A DNA stretch of 64,000 bases from Nitrospirota bacterium (GTDB taxonomy: Bacteria > Nitrospirota > Nitrospiria > Nitrospirales > Nitrospiraceae): the NCBI GenBank assembly GCA_963701855.1, contig CAVPBK010000014.1:53719-117718 (forward strand), written 5' to 3'. Positions within the stretch are counted from its first letter, which is position 1, and each line of letters starts with the position of its first letter. This document shows positions 1 to 8,846 of this stretch, in pieces. The translations under genes were made by a program, and so were the position numbers. The notes under the pieces are model-generated. The model saw nothing but the letters and a program-made list of their open reading frames with translations, made no database searches and had not been told where the DNA came from.

Positions 1-81
1 ATTGGAGCGCTTGCTACCACAGGGAAAGTTTGGCAACATGGAGAGCGGTGTCGCAAGTCTGTGCGGTAGGAGTCTGTCGAT

Positions 82-1095
82 ATGTTAAGTTGGTCTCGCC
101 CGGATCCCCTTACACGAGATCTCGTTCACTTAATCAATGCTCGGCGCCATGATCATGGCGATACTGAGGCTGCCATCGATACGCTGCAAGCGTTCTTGGA
201 GCAGGGACGGGAGTATGATCTTTTAACAGTGCTGGCGGCGTTGGACGAGGATATGGCGGAATGGCTCTTCGATCTTCTCGCGGAGGCATCCTGCTCCGTG
301 CTCATCGATGGGCCAGCCGATGAAAAACTGGCTTATGCCATTATGGCGGCTTTGGAACTTCCTCTCCAGGCCAATCTGACACATCCACTTAAGTTGAAGA
401 TTGACCCGGTTGCGACGGCTGAGCTGTTGCATCGGCATCTTCGGCTCTCTGCCGGGACGGTGGTGCGCGTAGAGTCTCGCTTGTTGACCGATTCTACGCT
501 GGAGCCGCTCAGTCTCCAGGGTTTGAATGATCATTTGAGTACGGTGGCGGATTCCCAGCGGGCCACTTCAATTGCCGCTCGGCTGTATCCTCCTGTTGAG
601 AGTACCGCCTTTCTCTTCTTTGAGTTGATCGGTGTGCCGGACTCTGGACTGCCCGATTCGCTGGAGGACCGGCATCGCCGGGCTCTCCTTGAAGGTCTCG
701 TGGCGCAATGTCCCGAGTTGGCGCTGGCTCCCGATATGATCGAAGCACCGGTCTATGCCGCCTATGCCATTTTCGATGCGCAAAATGCCGTGCGGCTCCA
801 TAGGTTGGCGGATGAGACCGCAGCAGTCTGGCGCGATCTGGATCCACTCGTCCGTGCACGCACGATCGTGCACCTCCATACGCAATGTGGGAACGGTGTG
901 TACATGCCGGTCTGGACCGATTTGTTCGATCCCGAACTCCCTGAAGACCACGGTCCTGTGTGGACCTCTCCCGATGTGTGGATCTTCACGGCTGATTTGC
1001 CCATCGAATGGCCTGGAGAAATGCTCACCAATCGGCTGCTCGCCGAAGGCTGCACCAGGTTTGAAAACCACATCGTCGAAACTCCTGACAACTAA
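82..1095 (+). CDS. hypothetical protein (337 aa, acidic)
   Basis: Long ORF with AGGAG RBS just upstream; no recognisable motif. Confidence 0.75.
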   Translation: MLSWSRPDPLTRDLVHLINARRHDHGDTEAAIDTLQAFLEQGREYDLLTVLAALDEDMAEWLFDLLAEASCSVLIDGPADEKLAYAIMAALELPLQANLTHPLKLKIDPVATAELLHRHLRLSAGTVVRVESRLLTDSTLEPLSLQGLNDHLSTVADSQRATSIAARLYPPVESTAFLFFELIGVPDSGLPDSLEDRHRRALLEGLVAQCPELALAPDMIEAPVYAAYAIFDAQNAVRLHRLADETAAVWRDLDPLVRARTIVHLHTQCGNGVYMPVWTDLFDPELPEDHGPVWTSPDVWIFTADLPIEWPGEMLTNRLLAEGCTRFENHIVETPDN

Positions 1096-1277
1096 CTGGC
1101 GTCCTGCCTGCTCCGTCGGTTCACTCCATCACGTTTCCCTGCGCCTGCCTTGCCATGCGATGTCTTAATGTCGTGACAAACCACAAAGCCGGATAGCCGT
1201 CTGGTAGAAACCTGAGAATTCGTCGATTTTTTCATCGCCATATCCTATGCTGGGTTTGTTCATGCTAGGGAGCAACC

Positions 1278-1910
1278 ATGGCTCAGCAGCAGTCTTCCAG
1301 CGAGATAATCACCGGCGCAATCACCATCCTGGGGCTTGGGCTTGTGTGGGCGACGGTGGTCTTCAATTTTCCGTCACAAGAAGAGATGTCTTCGGCCGCA
1401 CTGCCTGCTGAGACTCGTGAGGCAGCACGTCCCTTGTCTTCCCTGTCTGTGCCACCCACGCTGGATTTAACCATCCCCACCTCTCCTCCGTTTCCGTCGG
1501 AGGAAGCTGTGTCGAGACCGGATGACGATCGGTCGCGTGACTCAAGTGTCGAAGCTCCAATTGTGCCGGGGGTGGATCCTCGTGCGCTACAGGCATCCCG
1601 TCTGAAATGTGAAGCTGAGATTGAACAAATGTGCCCCGATTCTTTGGACGGTTCTGATCGTACACTCTGTCTGAAACAGCGAGCCAAACGACTTCCGCCG
1701 CTATGCCAAAGCCAGTTGCACGAGCGGTTTGTAAAATGGAAGGAAGATCAAAGTCGATTGAAGGCGTCGTGCGACGAGGATGTGAAACAATTCTGCAGAG
1801 CAGTCAAGCCTGTGGGTGGCCAGATCCTCCAGTGTCTACAATCGCATGGCCAGGAGGTCTCAGACCGGTGCTACCAGGCCCTTCCGAAGGGCGCCGTTTT
1901 TTTCAAGTAG
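1278..1910 (+). CDS. membrane-anchored protein with two C-terminal cysteine-rich (GLG1/Cys_rich_FGFR-like) repeats
   Basis: N-terminal TM helix, Pro/Ser linker, repeats CEAEIEQMC..CL..C and CDEDVKQFC..CL..C; GGGAG RBS. Confidence 0.7.
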   Translation: MAQQQSSSEIITGAITILGLGLVWATVVFNFPSQEEMSSAALPAETREAARPLSSLSVPPTLDLTIPTSPPFPSEEAVSRPDDDRSRDSSVEAPIVPGVDPRALQASRLKCEAEIEQMCPDSLDGSDRTLCLKQRAKRLPPLCQSQLHERFVKWKEDQSRLKASCDEDVKQFCRAVKPVGGQILQCLQSHGQEVSDRCYQALPKGAVFFK

Positions 1911-1921
1911 TCGGGTGGATA

Positions 1922-2638
1922 TTATCGAGAGGTGTTCTTTGTTCCAGAGCGCAGACAGAACGTCAGCGTCACGCCCGCCACTTCGACCTGGTCCTCATCC
2001 CTCAGATCCTGTTGTTCCACAACGTTCGTGCCGTTGACCAGCAGAGACTTTACGCCCCGAGAAGGGCTGATGGAATAGGTCAGGCCTCGGCGGGCGATCG
2101 TCGCCGCAGATTTTGGGGCAAACCAGCCGGTCAACCGAATGGCCGCTCCGTCTTGTGATCCGATGACATTCACCTGTTTGGTGAGCGGGTATTCCAACCG
2201 ATCGGTTTTCCCGGCAACAATTAGAACTTTGGCAGTGAGCGTCAATTCGTCGGGTGTACGGTCTGTACCTTTGAGCACCGTAGTTCGATCTAGATCGACA
2301 AATGGTGCCGGTGTCGCGGTACTGGCCGTCATATTCTCTTGGAAGATGAGCCGATGTTGGCCGATGGTGATTACGTCTGCGTCACGTAGTTGGTGGCGCG
2401 TGATCGGCTTGCCATTAATGGCGGTGCCGTTGGTGCTCATCAAGTCTTCGAGAAAGAAGACGGCCTGAACCTTCACGATCCGCGCATGATGCCCGGAGAC
2501 GGCGGGATCCTCGATGACGAGGGTATTGTCGGTTTTTCGACCGATCGTCAAGGTCTCAAGAGTCAGTTCGATATGCTGCGAGCCTTGCCCGTGAAGTTTG
2601 ACGAGCAGTGTGGCCGGTTGTGGCAGAGTTTCAGGCAT
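1922..2638 (-). CDS. tandem FHA-domain protein
   Basis: TIGR..VSGHHA..STNGTAING motifs in FHA1; second FHA-like domain is degenerate; AGGAGG RBS. Confidence 0.9.
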   Translation of the reverse strand: MPETLPQPATLLVKLHGQGSQHIELTLETLTIGRKTDNTLVIEDPAVSGHHARIVKVQAVFFLEDLMSTNGTAINGKPITRHQLRDADVITIGQHRLIFQENMTASTATPAPFVDLDRTTVLKGTDRTPDELTLTAKVLIVAGKTDRLEYPLTKQVNVIGSQDGAAIRLTGWFAPKSAATIARRGLTYSISPSRGVKSLLVNGTNVVEQQDLRDEDQVEVAGVTLTFCLRSGTKNTSR

Positions 2639-2672
2639 AGCGTTTCCTCCTGTGCAAGACCCCTGTGATTCG

Positions 2673-3488
2673 TTACGCGGCGAATCGTTTTTTTAGCCGC
2701 TCCCACAGCCCGGCTTGGAGTTCATCACGCAGGGCCACGATGATCACGGTGGTGTTATCTTCTCCGCCGGCTTCGTTTGCCATGATGATGAGGCGATCGG
2801 ACATGGTGGGAAGGTCTTCCGATCCACTGAGGACGTGAAGAATGTCGTCCGCCTGGACATCACGGGTCAGTCCGTCTGAGCAGAGCAACAGGATGTCTCC
2901 GCTTTTGACTGGAATCTCCGTCAGCTCCACATCGACGGTGCTCTCGACACCGAGGGCTTTCGTGACGATGTTCCTGCGGGGAGAGTGTTTGGCCTCATCT
3001 TCTGTGATGAGCCCCCTGAGGATCTGTTCGGCAACCCAGGAATGGTCTGTGGTGAGAGCTTGGATTGTTCCGTTTCGAATAAGATAGAGTCGGCTGTCTC
3101 CGACATGGGCGATGGCGAGCACGTCCTCACGAAGCAGTGCGGCGACCACGGTGGTACCCATTCCGGCATAGTCAGGCCTGCTCCATGATTCGCGATGGAT
3201 GGCATCGTTCGCTGCACGAATCGCGCTGGCAAGACGATTGGCTGGCGCCGACACGGTGGCATCGCAGGGGCCGATCATCGGCAGGTCTGTGTGCCGGCCT
3301 GCTTGGACCAGATGGGCCTGTATCGCCTCGACTGCGAGGGTGCTGGCAATTTCTCCGGCGTTGCCACCGCCCATGCCGTCACAGACGACATAGAGGCCGA
3401 GCAGAGGGTCGGCCACAAAGCGATCCTCGTTATGGGGCCGTTTGATGCCTGTATCTGATTTGGCACTATGCAATCGTTCGAATGCCAG
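2673..3488 (-). CDS. PP2C-type Ser/Thr phosphatase (Stp1/PrpC family); start uncertain (CTG 3488 or TTG 3473)
   Basis: RPHNED, VCDGMGG, GMGTT, HVGDSR, LCSDGL, GGEDN motifs. Confidence 0.92.
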   Translation of the reverse strand: MAFERLHSAKSDTGIKRPHNEDRFVADPLLGLYVVCDGMGGGNAGEIASTLAVEAIQAHLVQAGRHTDLPMIGPCDATVSAPANRLASAIRAANDAIHRESWSRPDYAGMGTTVVAALLREDVLAIAHVGDSRLYLIRNGTIQALTTDHSWVAEQILRGLITEDEAKHSPRRNIVTKALGVESTVDVELTEIPVKSGDILLLCSDGLTRDVQADDILHVLSGSEDLPTMSDRLIIMANEAGGEDNTTVIIVALRDELQAGLWERLKKRFAA

Positions 3489-3500
3489 ACGACACCTCCC

Positions 3501-4898
3501 TTAGGCCGCGAGACTTTGCAGACAGGCGCGGAGCTCGCTTGCGAATTCATCCGCGCGCCGATAGCGGTGAGGCAACTCTTTTTGTAACGCGCGATCCAGG
3601 ATCTCCTGCACCCTTGGGGGAAGATCCGGTCGCAATGGTTGAATGGCGGGATGCGGATGATGGGCGATGCTGAAGAGGACGGCCGACAGGTTGTCGGCCA
3701 TAAACGGCAGCTGTCCCGTGAGGAGCTCAAACAGCACGATACCGAGTGAAAAAATGTCCGACCGGCCGTCCACTTTCTTGCCTGCGATTTGCTCTGGTGA
3801 CATGTACGTCGGCGTGCCCATCACAATATTCGTTTGTGTCTTGCTGCTTGAGGCCATCTTCGCAATACCGAAATCCATGACTTTCACAATGCGATCCTTC
3901 GTGAGCATGATGTTTGCCGGCTTGATGTCACGATGGACGACGCCTTGTTGATGGGCGTAGTCCAGGGCATCTGCGACGGTAGCCACAGTCAGGAGAACCT
4001 CGTTGACCGGCATCAAGTTGGGTTTCCGTGCCCACTGTTTCAGGGGCGTTCCTTCAATGAGTTCCATCGCGATATATCCTAAATCGTCTTCTTCTCCTGC
4101 ATCATAGATGGTCACGATGTTGGGGTGGGAGAGACGCCCGGTGGATTCTGCTTCTCGGAAAAACCGTGCCTTGACGTCTTGCAGCTTGTCATCGTGGTCG
4201 ATCTGATCGAGTCGCATAGTCTTGATGGCTACGAAACGCTGAATCGTTGGATCTTTTCCCAGGTAGACCAGTCCCATTGCGCCGCGTCCGAGCTCTTTCA
4301 ACACCTTATAGCGCCCAAGCATGCCTGGTGTGTAGCTACTGATCGTTGTTGTGGCGGCTGTATTCTTTGGTTCTGATGAAGCCTCTGCTTCTTCTTGTCC
4401 TACGTCATCATCCTCAGAGAGCGCCTGTACCTCGTGGCGTCGTGTCTGTCTGGGGGGAGCAAACGCTTCGCGTAGCGAACTCCGGTTCATAATCCAGGCT
4501 GCCGTAATCCAGAGGCCGGAACCGACGAGACCAATTGCATACCCCATGGCGAGTTGAGAAGGATCTATTCGTTCGATCAGCGGCAGGCCCAGGGTCCTGA
4601 ATGTTCTGTTGGTGAAAAGCACGACGATGAGGGTCGTGAGTGGAAGAATGAGTCGGCGGAGAAAGCTCGATCCGCGACCGCTGTCTGGGATTTTCCGAGA
4701 GGCAACGAGGGCGAAGATCCAAAGGATGGCGAGCGCGAGGAGGTTGGCCACCAATCGAATGGCGTGAGGCCCACTGAGTTGCGCATACGGAACCGGGACA
4801 GATTGGACCACTGCCAGGCTGCTCAGCAAGGGGCCGGCTAGGAGCACAGCCAAGATGAGTAAGGTATAGGGAGCGATCCAAGTCCAGGATTTCGACAT
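3501..4898 (-). CDS. Hanks-type Ser/Thr protein kinase with N-terminal multi-pass membrane region
   Basis: GRGAMG, VAIK, HRDIKPAN, DFG, YMSPEQ motifs; about four hydrophobic helices at the N-terminus. Confidence 0.93.
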   Translation of the reverse strand: MSKSWTWIAPYTLLILAVLLAGPLLSSLAVVQSVPVPYAQLSGPHAIRLVANLLALAILWIFALVASRKIPDSGRGSSFLRRLILPLTTLIVVLFTNRTFRTLGLPLIERIDPSQLAMGYAIGLVGSGLWITAAWIMNRSSLREAFAPPRQTRRHEVQALSEDDDVGQEEAEASSEPKNTAATTTISSYTPGMLGRYKVLKELGRGAMGLVYLGKDPTIQRFVAIKTMRLDQIDHDDKLQDVKARFFREAESTGRLSHPNIVTIYDAGEEDDLGYIAMELIEGTPLKQWARKPNLMPVNEVLLTVATVADALDYAHQQGVVHRDIKPANIMLTKDRIVKVMDFGIAKMASSSKTQTNIVMGTPTYMSPEQIAGKKVDGRSDIFSLGIVLFELLTGQLPFMADNLSAVLFSIAHHPHPAIQPLRPDLPPRVQEILDRALQKELPHRYRRADEFASELRACLQSLAA

Positions 4899-5081
4899 AG
4901 GAATCTTTAAGGGTGTCCGTGAACGTTTCAAAGTGTAGCGGATGGGAAGGGAGAGTCAACGAATTGGGGGAAATGAGCAGCAGCGCCTCGATGCTAGTGA
5001 AGCGTGCAAACCGACGATTGCCCCGGTTTGTTTAGTTTGTCTCGTTGATTGAGCTAGATAATCTGCAAAACTAGATGAGCT

Positions 5082-5930
5082 TCAAACGAGGAGGGCAGCT
5101 TTCTTCAGGGGATCGAGTAGCCTCTCGGGTACATTCAAGTCACCTCGGCCTGTACCCACTTCGATGTCCGGTTTGGTGATGCCGTGGAAATCGCTTCCAC
5201 CGGTCACTAACATGTCCAGCCGCTTGGCCAGGTCGAGATACTCCATCGTCTGTCGCTTCGTGTGTGTACTGTAGTGGACTTCGATGCCGCCGAGGCCTTC
5301 AGCTTTCAATGTTGTCAGGAGTGTGTTCAGCCCTTCTCCGGATACTTTGGCCCAGGTAGGATGGGCCAGCACAGCTACGCCACCGGCGGCTCTGATCCAG
5401 GCGATGGCATCCACCGGCTGGGGCAGTTCACGCGCCACATAAGCCGGGCGTCCCTCTGCTAAGTACCGGTCAAAGGCATCTTTGGCGGACGTGACATACT
5501 TTTTGTCCATCAAGAGCCGTGCAATATGCGGGCGGCCGACCGCATCCGTGCCGGCCAGAGCCCGCACCTCTTCATAGGTCACGTCCAGTCCTAATGAGCG
5601 CAGCCGTTCGATGATCTGCGGGTTGCGGGTATGACGACTCTCGCGCAAGGAGACCAAGCGTCGAATCAATTCCGGGTTTTGCCAGTCTATGCAATAGCCA
5701 AGGATATGGAGTTCACTAGTGCCAACAAAGGAGCTGATTTCCACGCCGGGAATGATTTCAATTCCCAACTCAGCTCCGGTTGCTATGGCTTCGGGAATGC
5801 CGGCGACAATGTCATGGTCCGTAATAGCCAGTGCGGTCACATTGGCTTTGTGGGCGAGCCGTAGTACCTCAGCCGGCGCAAGGCTTCCATCGGAGTGGGT
5901 TGTATGGAGATGGAGATCGAGACGACTCAT
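5082..5930 (-). CDS. PHP-domain metal-dependent phosphoesterase (TrpH/YciV-like)
   Basis: DLHLHTTHSDG, ITDHD, GRPH, LAHP, GGSDFHG. Confidence 0.9.
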   Translation of the reverse strand: MSRLDLHLHTTHSDGSLAPAEVLRLAHKANVTALAITDHDIVAGIPEAIATGAELGIEIIPGVEISSFVGTSELHILGYCIDWQNPELIRRLVSLRESRHTRNPQIIERLRSLGLDVTYEEVRALAGTDAVGRPHIARLLMDKKYVTSAKDAFDRYLAEGRPAYVARELPQPVDAIAWIRAAGGVAVLAHPTWAKVSGEGLNTLLTTLKAEGLGGIEVHYSTHTKRQTMEYLDLAKRLDMLVTGGSDFHGITKPDIEVGTGRGDLNVPERLLDPLKKAALLV

Positions 5931-6880
5931 GCCGACTCGTGCGGCAGGCTGCTGGGGCCTGCTTGTTGAGCGACAAGTCGTGCGGTGAAGACGGAGCCTG
6001 GTCCATGGCTGTCGTGTTCGCCTTCGTCGTACGACAGCACGCGGAGAGTGGACGTGAGCCTGAGCAATTCATTGTGCGCGAGGCAAAATTCCCATCGGCG
6101 CGGATGACGATGGCGCATGTAATTGTCGATGGTGAAGGTTTCGTAGATCAAGACCCCGTTCGGTTTCAGTGAATCAATAATAGCGGGGAACAGTGCTCGA
6201 TGGAGATAGAAGAATACGACGACCACATCATATTCCTGCTTCGGGAATTCCGGTCGTTCCTCGGTCTTTCGCTCGAGGTCCAGCGTGCGAACAGTGAGGT
6301 TCGGGAGATTCCGTTGTTTCGCCGTGGCAGCGAGGTGAGCCATGGTCTGTTCATCCCGATCGATCGCATCGACTTGAAAACCATGCGAGGCCAGATAGAG
6401 CGCATTACGTCCAGATCCGGCCGCAACGTCGAGCGCCCGGCCTTTGGGTAAGCGATGGAGTTGGAGCTGTTGCGCTAAGAATGACGAAGGAGCTTGATCA
6501 GTCTGTTGCGGCTGATGCGCCATGCGGCTCCGTTCCACCTTCACGCCAACCGATCCGGTCATGTGTGAGAGAGGAGGCGCCAACTTTCTGAGCCACAGCG
6601 AGACCTTCGCGACAGGGAATTTTGTGAACAACATCGCAAGGATCTGTTCCGAGAAAGTTTCCAGGAGCGCACAGTCTTGAGTCGCAGCCAACTCGACGAT
6701 CTGCTCAGTTACCTGGGCATAGTCCAGGGTCTTGTTGATCTGGTCGGCAGCCTCGGCAGGAGTTCCTTCGCAGTCCAATTCCAAATCGATTGCCAGGGGC
6801 TGCGGTCGACGCCGTTCTGCCGGCATGACCCCGCAGCGCCCTTGAAATTCCAACCGTTCAATTGCCACACGATAGGCCAT
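5927..6880 (-). CDS. folB: dihydroneopterin aldolase (FolB) fused to a TehB-like class I SAM methyltransferase
   Basis: N-terminal GRCGV..ER..Q..TLDY..LLE..LRK FolB pattern; C-terminal ALDVAAGSGRNALYLA. Confidence 0.8.
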   Translation of the reverse strand: MAYRVAIERLEFQGRCGVMPAERRRPQPLAIDLELDCEGTPAEAADQINKTLDYAQVTEQIVELAATQDCALLETFSEQILAMLFTKFPVAKVSLWLRKLAPPLSHMTGSVGVKVERSRMAHQPQQTDQAPSSFLAQQLQLHRLPKGRALDVAAGSGRNALYLASHGFQVDAIDRDEQTMAHLAATAKQRNLPNLTVRTLDLERKTEERPEFPKQEYDVVVVFFYLHRALFPAIIDSLKPNGVLIYETFTIDNYMRHRHPRRWEFCLAHNELLRLTSTLRVLSYDEGEHDSHGPGSVFTARLVAQQAGPSSLPHESA

Positions 6881-7210
6881 GGCAGCATTCTCACGGATTG
6901 GATTTCCGGCTGTCAACCTATCGTTGGGGGGGTAGGTGAGAGGAGGGATGGGTACGCCTAGCGGGCCTTCTTCTTCCCAGAACGCGCACGATGGAACAGT
7001 GGTTGCCTGGGACAAGAGCGCGTCTCGATGCGCTCAGGGTTGGGCGGGTGAGAATGTTGCTCGCAGCCAAGGATGGTTTGCCAGCCCCTACCCTTATGAC
7101 AAAGTGGGGAAAATCTGAAGTCCTCTCCAGGGCTAACGGAGGGATCATTGAGAGGAACAGCCGTCGCCGGTATGTCGAACGTTAGGAGTGAGGGCGCCTG
7201 TCAGTGGTGA

Positions 7211-7516
7211 TCAGACTATAGCGATCGTGCCTTCGGTGCTGACCCCCGTCTTCGAGACCGTCACAGGTGAGGCTCCGGCCTCCTTCAATTTATCTCCCAG
7301 TCTGGATGACAGGAGCGTCTGTTGCAGGCCTTCAGTGGTCTGGTCGAGGAGAAAGTCCAGTCCGAGGACAGCGTAATGGAGGGGGTGGCCATGTGGCCCA
7401 TCGACACGGAAGACATGCGCGCGGCTGGTGCCTTCCTCGAAATCGGCGATGTGGTGCTTGGGGAACTGCTGGCGTAGATAGAGGCGGATCACATCAAGGT
7501 TGGCGAGATTGCCCAC
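7211..7516 (-). CDS. hypothetical protein; homologous to 60202..60495
   Basis: ORF; shared ANL(D/E)VIRxYLxxQF motif. Confidence 0.65.
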   Translation of the reverse strand: MGNLANLDVIRLYLRQQFPKHHIADFEEGTSRAHVFRVDGPHGHPLHYAVLGLDFLLDQTTEGLQQTLLSSRLGDKLKEAGASPVTVSKTGVSTEGTIAIV

Positions 7517-7618
7517 GTGCGTTGTTCTGCCTTCGAAAGTCAGGAGGTTGAACTAACGCTAAGGTCGAGCAACCGATTCCAAGTTTGTGCCTGTCTGACC
7601 CCATTGCGGCAGCGGCAC

Positions 7619-7969
7619 CTATTTATTAAATGGATGAAACCCAATCTTATTTTCTTCCCGGTCTTGCAAGCCTGTGAAGTATACGAGGACCGAATCAAGC
7701 TTCTGCATCAGAATGGCTCGCTCGCACCACAGACCTTCGAGATACGTCACGTCATTCGTCATGCTGTTACACGAAGCGACAAATCGTTTGAGCGCGTCTT
7801 GCGGAACCTTGAATTCCTGCAGATCGATGTCCAGTGACTTCTCGAGTTTCTCGATCGCAGTGTTGAACTCATTGACCCATCGCGCTTCAATCTCGTGGCG
7901 CTCCGGAACATTCGCCCGAATCGAGGTGATGGCGGCATACGCTCTCAGAATCTGGTCATCGTTGTTCAT
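7619..7969 (-). CDS. hypothetical protein
   Basis: ORF coupled to the upstream gene (TAATG overlap); C-terminal KIGF. Confidence 0.7.
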   Translation of the reverse strand: MNNDDQILRAYAAITSIRANVPERHEIEARWVNEFNTAIEKLEKSLDIDLQEFKVPQDALKRFVASCNSMTNDVTYLEGLWCERAILMQKLDSVLVYFTGLQDREENKIGFHPFNK

Positions 7970-8235
7970 TATGTGGCCATGATTTGGACGTGAGCTGCAT
8001 AGCCCAATCGCTTTAGCAATTGTTCACAGTCGTCCCAGGTCAAACCGAAGGCACGGACGTCGGCCACGCCAAGGCGTGCCACGACATCGCGGATAGCGGT
8101 GAAATGTTGAGAGTAGAATTCTCCCTCCATCATGGCGGACTCAGCCCAGGCGACGAGGCCGGCCAGTGACAGATCATGCTGGAGATAGGCCGCCAGTTTG
8201 TCAGCAACCATCTGATGAGTGATGACTTCTTTCAT
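7969..8235 (-). CDS. hypothetical protein (88 aa)
   Basis: ORF coupled on both sides (ATGA and TAATG overlaps). Confidence 0.7.
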   Translation of the reverse strand: MKEVITHQMVADKLAAYLQHDLSLAGLVAWAESAMMEGEFYSQHFTAIRDVVARLGVADVRAFGLTWDDCEQLLKRLGYAAHVQIMAT

Positions 8236-8475
8236 GACATGACCTTTTGGTGGCCCTGGTCTACCGGGTACTTGTGATGGCGTTCAACGAGCTTCCCGGT
8301 GTCGTCGTAAATCTCCTGATAAAATCGCACCGTTATCTCGTCGGCGTCAACCTCTTTTCACGTACCGAGCTTTCCAGCCCTGCTTGCCCAGCACATCAAG
8401 CCAGTGTCGCCGTCCCCCAGGAAGGAGAGTATCCCAATTGGAGAATTTCCGTTCATTCTGTTCGCGTGTGCTCAC
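8232..8475 (-). pseudogene. frameshifted ~80-aa hypothetical gene, missing from the ORF track
   Basis: GTG start MSTREQNERKFSNW..ARYVK; removing one A from the run at 8355-8358 continues EVDADEITVRFYQEIY..HKYPVDQGHQKVMS to a stop overlapping the next ATG. Confidence 0.65.
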
Positions 8476-8846
8476 AGGTTCTGCAAGGCTCTAATAAATC
8501 AATATCTTGCCAAGCCTTATAGCAGTTCTCCAGGAAATTTCCCACAACCTCCATGCGTGCGCGGGCCCCGCGGACAGCAGGAGTGCAGGAGTTGATGGTC
8601 TATGAGGAGGGGAGCGAATGGTGTATAGCGGGAAGGGGGTGAAGAGAAGCGCTGATGGCGGGAAAGAAAGACCGTCGTTAACGTGAAGCGTATTTCGTTT
8701 CAGATCAGACTCACCAAAGGGATGAACGACCAGAGGGGAGAGCCGAACGGCGAACCGACAGGCAGGCAAGCCCCGCGCCGAAAATGTTAGATTGCAAGAC
8801 CCGACCAGATTTTTGACATGTGCGGTGGAGGAGTTAGTTGTCGAGT

